The notes beneath the pieces were generated by a model. That model searched no databases. It was given only the letters and a program-made list of their open reading frames with translations, and had not been told where the DNA came from. Positions 16,804-26,450 of a stretch of DNA of 32,000 bases are shown one piece after another. Source of the DNA: Planctopirus limnophila DSM 3776 (GTDB taxonomy: Bacteria > Planctomycetota > Planctomycetia > Planctomycetales > Planctomycetaceae); NCBI RefSeq assembly GCF_000092105.1, contig NC_014148.1:3720001-3752000 (forward strand), in the 5' to 3' direction. The translations under genes were made by a program, and so were the position numbers. Position 1 is the first letter of the stretch. Each line of letters starts with the position of its first letter.

Positions 16804-16823
16804 ATGTTGCCAGAAGGCAACAT
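16804..16823. promoter_or_regulatory. 20-bp palindrome ATGTTGCC-agaa-GGCAACAT, 78 nt upstream of the RND pump start (candidate operator)
   Basis: Perfect 8-bp arms read directly from the sequence. It lies in the divergent intergenic region between the acyltransferase and RND genes. Confidence 0.3.
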
Positions 16824-16900
16824 CGAAGGCATGCGCTGATTGAGATTGTCTGGGAGGACAAAGGTCAATCCCGGGCGGACGTCAGTTACAGGAGTCGAAC

Positions 16901-19900
16901 TTGCTCTCCCGATTTTTTATTGATCGTCCCATTTTCGCCAACGTCATTGCCATTGTCACAATGATTCTTGGCGGCGTGGCTTTGTTTCGACTTCCTGTTG
17001 AGCAGTATCCCTCTATCACACCACCCACGGTTCAGGTGACGGCGACCTATCCCGGTGCCAATGCTCAGGTGCTGTCAGATACCGTCGCTGCGCCCATCGA
17101 ACAGCAGGTGAATGGTGTCGAAGGCATGCTCTACATGTCTTCGACATGTGCCAGTGATGGCACCTACACTCTGACGGTCACGTTTGAAGTGGGGGCCAAT
17201 CTCGATATGGCGCAGGTGCTGGTACAGAACCGCGTCTCTCAAGCGGAGCCGAGACTTCCTGAGGATGTTCGCCGCCAGGGGATCAACGTCAAGAAACAGT
17301 CCACAGCCATTATTCAGGTGGTGACGCTGACCAGCGATGAGGGGAAGTTTGATAGTCTCTATCTGTCGAACTATGCCACCTTATCGATTCGCGATGAGTT
17401 GGCCCGTATTTATGGTGTCGGCGAAATTCAGGTCTTCGGCTCCAGCGATTACGGGATGCGTGTCTGGCTCGACCCCAACAAACTCAAGGCACGCAATCTT
17501 TCGGCCTCTGATGTCGTGGCTGCCATTCAAGAACAGAACGTCCAGGTGGCAGCCGGTCAATTGGGGGCTGCTCCTGCGCCAGTGGGGCAGGATTTTGAAT
17601 ATACAATTACCACACTGGGTCGATTGAGCGATGTCGAAGCCTTTAACGACATTATCGTCAAGACGGCACCAGGGAATGGTGGCCGCCTGACGCGTGTGCG
17701 AGATGTGGCCCGCGTGGAACTGGGCGGGCAGCTCTATAACCTATATTGCGAGAAGAGCGGGATTCCCGCTGCCGGCCTGGCGATCTTCCAGCTTCCCGGG
17801 GCGAACTCCCTTAATGTGGCCCATGACGTGAAGAAAGTCATGGCGAAACTGGAGAAGGACTTCCCCAAGGGGCTCAACTACGACATTCCGTTCGATACGA
17901 CCAAGTTCGTCGAAGAGGCCATTGCCGAAGTCTATAAAACGCTGTTTGAAGCAGGCGTTCTGGTGTTGATTGTAATTCTGGTCTTCCTCCAGGATTGGCG
18001 GGCCGTGCTGGTCCCAGCGACCACTGTACCCGTGACGATCATTGGTGCCTTTGCCCTTATGTGGGCCATGGGCTTTTCTGTCAATATGCTGACGCTGTTC
18101 GGACTGGTGCTGGCGATTGGGATCGTTGTCGATGATGCCATTGTGATCGTCGAAAACGCGGCCCATCACATCGAGCACGACCATCTGGCACCGCGCGAAG
18201 CGACGATTGTGGCGATGGGGGAAATTCTGGGGCCGATTATTGGCATTACGTTAGTGCTGATGGCGGTCTTCCTCCCCACAGCCGGTATGCAGGGGATTAC
18301 CGGCCAGCTTTATCGTCAGTTCGCGTTAACGATCGCGGCGACTGCGCTGATCAGTGCGGTGAATGCACTGACATTAAAACCAGCTCAATGTGCGGTGTAC
18401 CTCAGGCCTGTCGCTCCTAAAAAGAATATTTTCTATCGCGGGTTTAATGCTGTTTATGATTTCTTTGAAGGTATCTACGTCAGTATTGTCAAGGTGCTGG
18501 TGCGAGCACCACTTTTTTCGATGATTGCCTATCTAGCAATTGTGACCAGCACGGTTTTGCTCTTCCGCAGTTTGCCGACAGGCTTTCTGCCGACGGAAGA
18601 TCAGGGCTATCTGGTTGTGGGTTGCCAATTGCCCGATGGGGCTTCTCAAGAGCGAACTAAGGCTGTGCTCCAGAAGATGAACAAGATTCTGGGGAGTACA
18701 CCCGGCATTGAAAACTGGGTGACGATTGGTGGTCAATCGCTGCTTGATCAGGCCGCTTCGTCCAATGCCGCCACGATCTACGTCACGTTGAAAGAGTGGA
18801 GCCATCGTCAGTCGCCACAGGAAAGTTTGTTCGGCGTCCTGGGTTCACTATATGCCCAGTTCGCGACGATTGATGACGCGATTACCTTTGCCTTCCCACC
18901 GCCGGCTATTTTAGGTTTAGGTACGGCTGGTGGATTCGAAATGCAGTTGCAGGATCGTGGTGGAGCCGGATTGGTTCAACTGCAGAATATGGCGCAGATC
19001 ATTTCGGCTGATGCCAATCAGCAGACAGCGCTGACGCAGGTGAACAGCACCTTCCGTGCACAGATCCCACAGATCTATTTGGATATCGACCGCGTGAAGG
19101 CCAAATCGCTCGATGTTCCGCTGGCTGAAATTTTTGGAACATTGCAGGCAGAACTCGGTTCAGCTTATGTGAACGATTTCAATCTGTTTGGCCGAACCTA
19201 TCAGGTCCGTATCCAAGCGGATGCTCAATACCGCGTGGAAAAAACAGATATCACTCGACTGCAGGTGCGTAATCGAGCCGGGCAGATGGTTCCTTTGGGC
19301 TCACTGGTGGAAGTGCGCGATTCGTTAGGGCCACAGATCATCCGCCGATATAACCTCTATCCGGCAGCAGCGATTAACGGTCAGGCGGCTCCCGGATTCA
19401 GCTCAGGTCAGGCACTCGATATCATGGAGCAGATGACCAAGCGACTACTCCCAAAAACGATGGGCTTTGAATGGACCGGGATTTCCTATCAGGAACGTAA
19501 AGTCGGGAATGAATCCGTTTATGTTCTGGGGCTCGCCGTGCTCTTGGTGTACCTGGTGCTGGCCGCTCAGTACGAAAGCTGGACGAGTCCAGCGGCTGTG
19601 ATTCTCGTGGTCCCTTTGGGCCTGGTTGGTTCGGGACTGGCACTTCTGGCGCGCGGGATGGACAATAACGTCTATACTCAGATCGGGCTGGTACTGATCA
19701 TTGCTCTGGCAAGTAAGAATGCGATTCTGATTGTCGAGTTTGCCCGTGATTTGAGGCATAAAGGGGCCAGTATTCTCGATGCGGCTGTCAATGCTTCGCG
19801 ACTGCGCTTTCGCCCGATTCTGATGACTTCGTTTGCGTTTATTCTCGGGGTCTACCCACTGGTGGTGGCCCAGGGGGCTGGAGCGGCCAGTCGTCAGGCT

Positions 19901-20098
19901 TTAGGGACAGCTGTCTTTGGAGGGATGATTACCTCAACCATACTCGCGGTCTTCTTTACGCCGGTCTTTTATGTGGTGATGCAGAGTTTGAGTGAAGGCT
20001 ATGCCCGTTTGCGAGGAAAACCCGTCCGCACTGGCCCACCATCAACCGAAGCTGCCCAGCCTGCCGCGACTCACGACCAGCAGCCGGCGAGCCACTGA
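16901..20098 (+). CDS. RND efflux transporter permease, AcrB/HAE1 family
   Basis: 1065 aa. The N-terminus (M)LSRFFIDRPIFANVIAIVTMILGG...YPSITPPTVQVTATYPGA is the hallmark AcrB start. The 12-TM, two-large-loop layout is present. TTG start with AGGAG 6 nt upstream. Confidence 0.95.
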   Translation: MLSRFFIDRPIFANVIAIVTMILGGVALFRLPVEQYPSITPPTVQVTATYPGANAQVLSDTVAAPIEQQVNGVEGMLYMSSTCASDGTYTLTVTFEVGANLDMAQVLVQNRVSQAEPRLPEDVRRQGINVKKQSTAIIQVVTLTSDEGKFDSLYLSNYATLSIRDELARIYGVGEIQVFGSSDYGMRVWLDPNKLKARNLSASDVVAAIQEQNVQVAAGQLGAAPAPVGQDFEYTITTLGRLSDVEAFNDIIVKTAPGNGGRLTRVRDVARVELGGQLYNLYCEKSGIPAAGLAIFQLPGANSLNVAHDVKKVMAKLEKDFPKGLNYDIPFDTTKFVEEAIAEVYKTLFEAGVLVLIVILVFLQDWRAVLVPATTVPVTIIGAFALMWAMGFSVNMLTLFGLVLAIGIVVDDAIVIVENAAHHIEHDHLAPREATIVAMGEILGPIIGITLVLMAVFLPTAGMQGITGQLYRQFALTIAATALISAVNALTLKPAQCAVYLRPVAPKKNIFYRGFNAVYDFFEGIYVSIVKVLVRAPLFSMIAYLAIVTSTVLLFRSLPTGFLPTEDQGYLVVGCQLPDGASQERTKAVLQKMNKILGSTPGIENWVTIGGQSLLDQAASSNAATIYVTLKEWSHRQSPQESLFGVLGSLYAQFATIDDAITFAFPPPAILGLGTAGGFEMQLQDRGGAGLVQLQNMAQIISADANQQTALTQVNSTFRAQIPQIYLDIDRVKAKSLDVPLAEIFGTLQAELGSAYVNDFNLFGRTYQVRIQADAQYRVEKTDITRLQVRNRAGQMVPLGSLVEVRDSLGPQIIRRYNLYPAAAINGQAAPGFSSGQALDIMEQMTKRLLPKTMGFEWTGISYQERKVGNESVYVLGLAVLLVYLVLAAQYESWTSPAAVILVVPLGLVGSGLALLARGMDNNVYTQIGLVLIIALASKNAILIVEFARDLRHKGASILDAAVNASRLRFRPILMTSFAFILGVYPLVVAQGAGAASRQALGTAVFGGMITSTILAVFFTPVFYVVMQSLSEGYARLRGKPVRTGPPSTEAAQPAATHDQQPASH

Positions 20099-20211
20099 TG
20101 GAACGAATGATATTGTTCCAGGTGAACATTCCTCAGCACGACGTTTGTACGCGATTCTGTCAGCGTGTGTCTGTCATGCTTCAAAGTCTGGCACGCTCGA
20201 TATTAAGACAT

Positions 20212-20254
20212 GCGAAAAAGTGTGGCACGCCTTGAAGGCTTTGCGCAAGGGCGT
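20212..20254 (-). terminator. Candidate intrinsic terminator of the large minus-strand gene
   Basis: On the minus strand: CACGCCCTTG-cgcaaagcctt-CAAGGCGTG (one bulged base), then CCACACTTTTTCG. Confidence 0.55.
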
Positions 20255-20308
20255 GATTGACAGAACCTGTGTCCAGACAGCTTAGCCATTCAGCGTTGAT
20301 CTCAGCGA

Positions 20309-23300
20309 TTAACGACCAGCCGGGACACTCAGGACGGCTGCTTCTTCGAGTGAGGGGAGGCTTACAACCACGACATCGGCCGATTCCGTGTCCATAAAGG
20401 CCATGTGTTCGCCCGTCGGGCTGATGGCAAGACCTCCAATGCCGCCCACAAGATCGTAAGCAGGGGAAGCCTTTACTTCATTGGTTGATACCTTCCAGGT
20501 GGTGAGAGAACTGCCCGCTGAGAGCAGCACCAGATCATCGTTACCTCCCACAAAGCTGGCACCGGCAAAGATTGGTGCTGTTTTGCCTTCGAATGGCAAG
20601 TCATTCAGCCGCTTGCGGGTCTTGATATCATAAATGCCGACTCCACCGCGGAGATTGGCGACCACGAGTTTGTCACCCGCGGAATTGAATCCGATGGCAG
20701 CCGGGACAATGGTGCCCAGTTTGAGTTCAGTCACGGGCTTACCAGATTGAGCTTCCCAGATAGTGATGCTGCCGTCTTTCTTTCCACCGACAATTTCACG
20801 ACCACCATTCGAAAGGCCCATGCAGGTCACAGCTTTTGTATTGAGTTGAATGGCCTGCATTGGTTTGGCATTTTCCAGATCAAGAAACGTGATTGAACCA
20901 TCTGAGCCAATGGCAGCCGCATGCTTTCCGTCGGGTGACTGAATCGTGTAGGCGGCAATCGAAGGCAGACCGGCCATGGGGGTCACTTTGCCGCCGGCGA
21001 GCATTGAAATCTGTTTGTCCGCCACACTTAAGAAAGTCCCTTCCACGCCAGTCGCCAGCAGATTGGAGGCATAATTCCCGTAGACCGATTTCGATGAAGG
21101 TGATCCACCCGTTGCTGGCCAGACCTCAACCACACCTTTATTGAATCCGATAACGACAGATTTCCCGTCGAGAGTGAAGTTCAGCGAAGCCGGTCGGCCG
21201 CGTACCACCACGCTGGAACCTCCGCCACTCAGCAGACCCAGGCTCATAGCGGCAAAGCCAATCAGCAGCAGTGCCGGAACCGCAATGGCACCAATCGCCA
21301 CTGCTGGTGGTGCCGCTTTGATCGCTTCGATGAACGCCGTCGGCTCCAGTGATGAGAAATTGAATTTGAACCCTGGGCGTTGTTTCTTGAAGCTGGCGAG
21401 TTTCTTCTCATCGAGTAGCGATTCCCCCCGAGGATCTCCCAGCTTGACCAAAGCCTTGGCAGCCCCGCGACGAACCATGGGGTGTTCATCGGAAAGGAGC
21501 TCTTCGAGGGGTTTGAGAGCATTCGCATTCCCAAGATCGGCTAACGCCTGTGTCGTGTGATAGCGCACTTCCGGTACAGAATCTTTGAGCATCGCCAGTA
21601 GGGCCGGCAACGAAGCCGATGCGCCAATCTGACCTAAAGAGGTGATCGCGCGGCAACGAACAGGGAACTCATCTTCCAATGCCTGTTCGAGAGGTTCAAT
21701 TCCATCGGCAGAGCCAATCGCCCCCAAAGCCTTGGCGGCCATCTGCCGAACTTCCATCGTGCCATCATTGTGCAGAGTGTGGATCAGGTTATCGACGGCC
21801 GATTCGTCAGCAATCTCACCTAATGTATCGACAGCACGGAGGCGGATCTGAGCGTTCGGATCCATCAGCAAGTTCAGCAGAGGATCGACCGCGATGCTTG
21901 CTTTAAACTTACGGAAAGCAGCAATCGCCTTCAGACGGACAGCTTCATCGGTATCGTGCAGTAGACGTGTCAAAGGCGAAGCGGATTCAGAAGCGCCGAT
22001 TTTGCCCAGTGCCTCGGCGGCAGCTCCGCGGATTTCCGCTTGAAGATGATCAATCAGTGGCAATAGATGAGGAGCCGCCTGGGCATCACCGATCTCTCCC
22101 AGGGCGGTAATCACGCGTTCCAGAACATCGGCATCATCCTGTGATAATCCCTTGAGCAAACTGGGAACTGAGCGTGGATCAGACAGCCTGGCCAAGGCAC
22201 CGGCTGCTGCGACTCGCACACCCTGTTCAGGATCTTCCAGAAGTTTACAAAGTGGCCCCGTGGCCTTCTTATCGCCAATCTGACCAAGGCTTTCCGCAGC
22301 CTGACCACGAACAATCGCAAACGAATTTCCAAGCAGTTTCAGTAATGGTTCAATCAGCTTCGCATCGCGTGTCCGCCCAGCTACAACGGCGGCTTCGAGA
22401 GCATAGCCCGGGTCTTTCTCCTGCAGAATCTGTTGCAACGACGCAGTGGCCGCATTCCCCATTTTGGTGATGGAGTCGAGTGAGGCAAAGCGGAAGTGAG
22501 GCTCCTGCAAAGCCATCACAATCATCGCTCGACAGGCTCTGGCATCGCGCAGTTTTCCCACAGAGGCAATCGCATTGCGCCTGACCTCGGGAACTTCATC
22601 GTCGAGCATTTCAATCAGGGCGGGCGTCGCTTCCGGTTGCCCCAGATCACCTAATGCGGTAGCGACAGCCTCACGAACGACAATCCAGCTATCGCCTTTA
22701 AGTTTCTCCAATTCGGCCCACAGCCCTTCATTTTCGGCCATGCCCAATTCTAAAACGGCTTGTCGGCGTTTTTCGGCATCTTCCGAACTGGCGCTCTCTT
22801 TGGGTTCAACGGCTTTTAACAACTTCGTCAGGCGTGATTTTGATAACTTCTTCCTTTTGGTCGTGCTACCCGATGACGTTTGCCCGGGCTTGGAACCACT
22901 TTCAATTTTGGTTCCCGATTCGACAGCGGGCATTTCTGCGGAGTTTTTCACGCCGGTCGAGGGCTCATTTTCGGTCGTGACCAGAGGTGGCAAACTGGCA
23001 ATTTCTTTCGCCAGATCGGCAAACTTTCGTTTTTCAACAAGTGCCGGCCCAGTCGTTTCCGACGAACCACCGGGTACGACCACTGCTGAACCACACTTGG
23101 GGCATTTGACCTTTCTGCCAGCCGTTTCACTCTTGGTACGGAACTTGGCGCCGCATTCGCAGGAGACTCGAATGGCGTCATTACCAAAGGTTTCCATGCG
23201 ACCGCTGGAGCCACTGGGCCGAGCCAATCGCATGCTGCCCGACTGGGAACTGGCACTGGTGGGAGGCAATGGAAGCTTGCTGGAGGCGGCCGAAGCGACC

Positions 23301-23854
23301 TTGGCGGTGTCAGTCGATCCTGGGGTCGAGGAAGTCGAAGCGGGCGTAGAAGTCTTTGTGACGGTTGCCTGCGGCGTGGCAGCCGCAGGTGACGTTTGAA
23401 TGGGCGTATTACCAGCCGGCTTCTTCAGACGCAGGCTCGATCCTGAAGAACCAGACGGAAGTCCATTCGCGGTACGTCCCTGATCAAAGCCTCCTGTGGC
23501 CACAGGAGATGCATTTGTTGCCGTTGTGCTAGTCGAGCCGAGAGGGCCACTTGAACCGACAGGGCCAGTTGTTCCGGCAGGGACTGCCCCTGTCTTGAGC
23601 AAGCTGTTTAGGTTGAGAACGGTCCCTGTCTTCGGACCAGCAGCCGATGATGGTCGAGCTGTCGATGCAGAATTCAAAGGTTGTGTCGCTACGGGTGCGT
23701 TTGTCACACCGGCGACTGAACTGCCAATTCCCGCGGCAGCTGCGACGGGTTGCCGTGTCGCAGGGGTCAGCCTTTCGCCACAGGCACGGCAACGGAGCAT
23801 CCCGGGCTGAAGAGGTTCGTTGCATTTCGGGCAGGTGGGTGCAGCGTCGGACAT
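20309..23854 (-). CDS. Large multidomain protein: two Zn-ribbons, S/T/P-rich linker, ~15 HEAT (PBS-lyase-type) repeats, one TM helix, C-terminal WD40-like beta-propeller
   Basis: The ATG at 23854 has GGAGAG upstream. Zn-ribbon motifs are CPKCNEPLQPGMLRCRACG and CECGAKFRT...KCPKCG. There are ~31-aa repeats of the type D..VR..AA.ALG.IG...A...L..LL.D. The TM helix is AVAIGAIAVPALLLIGFAAMSLGLL. The C-terminus has blade-like motifs GSDGSITFLDL, KDGSITIWEA, GGVGIYDI and SSLTTWKV. Confidence 0.85.
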   Translation of the reverse strand: MSDAAPTCPKCNEPLQPGMLRCRACGERLTPATRQPVAAAAGIGSSVAGVTNAPVATQPLNSASTARPSSAAGPKTGTVLNLNSLLKTGAVPAGTTGPVGSSGPLGSTSTTATNASPVATGGFDQGRTANGLPSGSSGSSLRLKKPAGNTPIQTSPAAATPQATVTKTSTPASTSSTPGSTDTAKVASAASSKLPLPPTSASSQSGSMRLARPSGSSGRMETFGNDAIRVSCECGAKFRTKSETAGRKVKCPKCGSAVVVPGGSSETTGPALVEKRKFADLAKEIASLPPLVTTENEPSTGVKNSAEMPAVESGTKIESGSKPGQTSSGSTTKRKKLSKSRLTKLLKAVEPKESASSEDAEKRRQAVLELGMAENEGLWAELEKLKGDSWIVVREAVATALGDLGQPEATPALIEMLDDEVPEVRRNAIASVGKLRDARACRAMIVMALQEPHFRFASLDSITKMGNAATASLQQILQEKDPGYALEAAVVAGRTRDAKLIEPLLKLLGNSFAIVRGQAAESLGQIGDKKATGPLCKLLEDPEQGVRVAAAGALARLSDPRSVPSLLKGLSQDDADVLERVITALGEIGDAQAAPHLLPLIDHLQAEIRGAAAEALGKIGASESASPLTRLLHDTDEAVRLKAIAAFRKFKASIAVDPLLNLLMDPNAQIRLRAVDTLGEIADESAVDNLIHTLHNDGTMEVRQMAAKALGAIGSADGIEPLEQALEDEFPVRCRAITSLGQIGASASLPALLAMLKDSVPEVRYHTTQALADLGNANALKPLEELLSDEHPMVRRGAAKALVKLGDPRGESLLDEKKLASFKKQRPGFKFNFSSLEPTAFIEAIKAAPPAVAIGAIAVPALLLIGFAAMSLGLLSGGGSSVVVRGRPASLNFTLDGKSVVIGFNKGVVEVWPATGGSPSSKSVYGNYASNLLATGVEGTFLSVADKQISMLAGGKVTPMAGLPSIAAYTIQSPDGKHAAAIGSDGSITFLDLENAKPMQAIQLNTKAVTCMGLSNGGREIVGGKKDGSITIWEAQSGKPVTELKLGTIVPAAIGFNSAGDKLVVANLRGGVGIYDIKTRKRLNDLPFEGKTAPIFAGASFVGGNDDLVLLSAGSSLTTWKVSTNEVKASPAYDLVGGIGGLAISPTGEHMAFMDTESADVVVVSLPSLEEAAVLSVPAGR

Positions 23855-24067
23855 GGCTCTACTCTCTCCGTGTGGAGGGAACACCAACTGATGGGATCAT
23901 CCAGATGACCTGTCAATTTCTGCGATGATCTTGAGGGGATACCGTCGATTCGCAGGGCGATCCATCAAACGAGGTAGCCTGCGACAACCGCATGGATCGC
24001 CGCAGGCTCCTCGAGACTGTTCAAATCGTCAACTCCCGAGGAGTTGCCCAATCAAACATAATTACAA

Positions 24068-25363
24068 TTACTCTTCGAAGCGACCCTTGGTCACAGCGCG
24101 GATGGCGAGTGTTGGACCGCAGAAGATTTCGAAGCTGTTGACTTCAACAACGTTGCTGGTGAAGCCCTGTGATTCAGCAGCTGGTGGAGTGGCCATGTCG
24201 TAGTTGAAACCTGGGTTGAAGAACTTGTCTCCGTTGAGGTCAACAACTTCACGAACCGAACCATCGGCCATCAGAATGTTGGCAGATGACTGGTGAACAG
24301 CGAACCAGTCGCGAGTATCCTGCAGCATCCAGATTGCGCTTGGAGCATAAGCAGAAATCACGGTGCTGGTGACAGCTGTACCAGCTGTTGGATAACCGGT
24401 GTAAGCCAGAGCTGCTGTTGCCACGTCGTTGGTGACGAGCAGGCGGAGGCGGTTGGCACTGGTGATCTGGCCAGGACCATCGTTGGCGGTTTCGCCGAGG
24501 CGAGCACCAGCGGTCAAAGCGGGATCAACGAGCTTACCTTCGCTGTCAACGATGTTGTCCGAGAGAACAGCTTCGTTGATGTCACCAGGAGAAGCATCGC
24601 CCAGGAGTGGCACGTTGTTCGAAGGAACGTCAGCACCTTCGAGGAAACGACGTGTGAGGGGGCCCACTGTGTTCTGGAACTCTTTCAGACCATCGCGGTA
24701 GATCTGTGTGCCAGTCACTGCTGGGCAAGCTGTACCACCGACGGAAATGGTGGCGACTGTGGTGAAGTCGGCGAGCACGAATGGGTCGTTGCCGCTGTTG
24801 GTGGTCTTGAAGTTCGTGCGGCTCATGAACCAGCTCGAAGCATAGTTGCTGTTATGGCCGTCCTTGATCAACCGTGCCACGAAAGGAGCAGCAGTTGTAC
24901 CGGAAACACCAGCAGCGTTCATCTGGTAGCAGACGCTGTCAATGTTACAGGCGTCGAGACGATCAGCCAGAGGAATCGAGCTGTTCGAAGTGACGTTACC
25001 GCGGAGGAGGTCGTTCAGCTTTTCTGAACCACGGATGGGGTTAGCTGGGCAACGCATTTCGTGTGCCTTACCAGCGTTGACGCGAGCCAGGTCGGCTGTC
25101 CAGCCGTAGGTATCAACGCAACCATCGCGGAAGCGGTCGAACTGACCGGTGCAGAGACGATCGCCTGGATCGGTATCAGCAAAGGCGTTGAGACCAATGC
25201 CAACCTGACGCAGGTTGTTCTTGCACTGTGTCTTACGGGCTGCTTCGCGAGCTGACTGCAGTGCAGGCAACAGGAGAGCGATGAGGATCGCGATGATCGA
25301 GATCACCACGAGGAGCTCGATCAGGGTGAAACCCTTGCGAGCGTTCAGCGAGAACTTCTTCAT
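24068..25363 (-). CDS. DUF1559 protein with N-terminal prepilin-type cleavage/methylation motif and C-terminal H-X9-DG motif
   Basis: The N-terminus [44 protein letters not shown] is the classic planctomycetal DUF1559 start. The C-terminal [14 protein letters not shown] matches H-x9-DG. Confidence 0.93.
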   Translation of the reverse strand: MKKFSLNARKGFTLIELLVVISIIAILIALLLPALQSAREAARKTQCKNNLRQVGIGLNAFADTDPGDRLCTGQFDRFRDGCVDTYGWTADLARVNAGKAHEMRCPANPIRGSEKLNDLLRGNVTSNSSIPLADRLDACNIDSVCYQMNAAGVSGTTAAPFVARLIKDGHNSNYASSWFMSRTNFKTTNSGNDPFVLADFTTVATISVGGTACPAVTGTQIYRDGLKEFQNTVGPLTRRFLEGADVPSNNVPLLGDASPGDINEAVLSDNIVDSEGKLVDPALTAGARLGETANDGPGQITSANRLRLLVTNDVATAALAYTGYPTAGTAVTSTVISAYAPSAIWMLQDTRDWFAVHQSSANILMADGSVREVVDLNGDKFFNPGFNYDMATPPAAESQGFTSNVVEVNSFEIFCGPTLAIRAVTKGRFEE

Positions 25364-25985
25364 TCGAGTCTTTCTTCAGTGAAAAGGGACGTGAAACCAA
25401 CGGAAAAGACACAAAGCACTACCAACAAACGGATACTTCTCGACTCAGCACTTGATGGGCTCAACGATCGTTCGATGCCGCGCGACTCATCGAAATCCAG
25501 ACCCATCATCTCTCAACTGCATGAGCCATCTTCCCTGCTGAACAAAGGCAGAGAGTTGGCCCGGCAGCGATTGACGTCCAAGTCAATCCATCCGGTCAGC
25601 ACCTTCGCCACGCAAAGGCAAGGTCAGCATCCCTGCGTCTGACCTTTGCGACTGTTGTAAAGTAGTGGCGAAACAACAGGACTTGATGAACAAGACTGGA
25701 AATCTTTTTCATATTTGAAACTTGCTGTTTCGCTGGAAATCCAAGAATTGCTCAACAAGCACTTCTCAGTGTTTCCCCTATCACGACGGCAAGACTGTAG
25801 AAGCCAATTGTGACGATCTTGTGAACGTTCTTTGAAAAAACGTTAGGAACTTCGCATGTCACTTGACGCGCAAGCAGTTGGCGCGTAGCGGCAGTCAACG
25901 AATGCGACACTGAGTCAAACAGATAGCAAGGATCATTAAGAAGCTGCGAAGATCTTCATAATGACGAGCGGTCGCCTGTGAGGAA

Positions 25986-26423
25986 TCAGTCGGTGATGCG
26001 GATGCGGTGGCTATCAGCGGAGTCAAACAGGGCATCGGCTTTGGAGGTGACTGTCTTCTCGATCAAGGTCTTCTCATTTCTGGAATAGACAATCACCTTC
26101 CGCGGGAAAAACGCGCGATAGAACATTACTCCCATGGCAATCAGCGAGATGATTACCAGAAACATCGCTGTTAAGAACAGAACAGCGATAAATAACCATA
26201 CATAGAGTGGTACAGAGTGTTTTTCTTGTCTCTCATGAAATACTGAAGTCTGTAGGACAAAACCAGTGACCAATAATACTGCTATAAATATACTAAAAGA
26301 ATGCGACATCATTTGAAATGGTGTCAGCATGCGGATGGTACGAATCAGTCGTGTAATGCTGAGATCCATGCCAATGCTGGCTCCAGATACAGATAATGGT
26401 TTCATTACCATCAATATGAACAT
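25986..26423 (-). CDS. Small hypothetical membrane protein (2-3 TM) with atypical low GC and codon usage
   Basis: 145-aa ORF. Hydrophobic segments are FSIFIAVLLVTGFVLQTSVF and LYVWLFIAVLFLTAMFLVIISLIAMGVMF. It lies 27 nt downstream of the coiled-coil gene on the same strand. I recognise no family. Confidence 0.55.
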   Translation of the reverse strand: MFILMVMKPLSVSGASIGMDLSITRLIRTIRMLTPFQMMSHSFSIFIAVLLVTGFVLQTSVFHERQEKHSVPLYVWLFIAVLFLTAMFLVIISLIAMGVMFYRAFFPRKVIVYSRNEKTLIEKTVTSKADALFDSADSHRIRITD

Positions 26424-26450
26424 TTCTCGCGAGTTAAAATCTGTAGTCTG

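Noticed and set aside
22575-25027. Plus-strand ORFs 22575..23399 (274 aa) and 24293..25027 (244 aa)
   Set aside because: They are antisense to the HEAT-repeat giant and the DUF1559 gene. Their S/A/G/V-rich composition mirrors the sense-strand codons.
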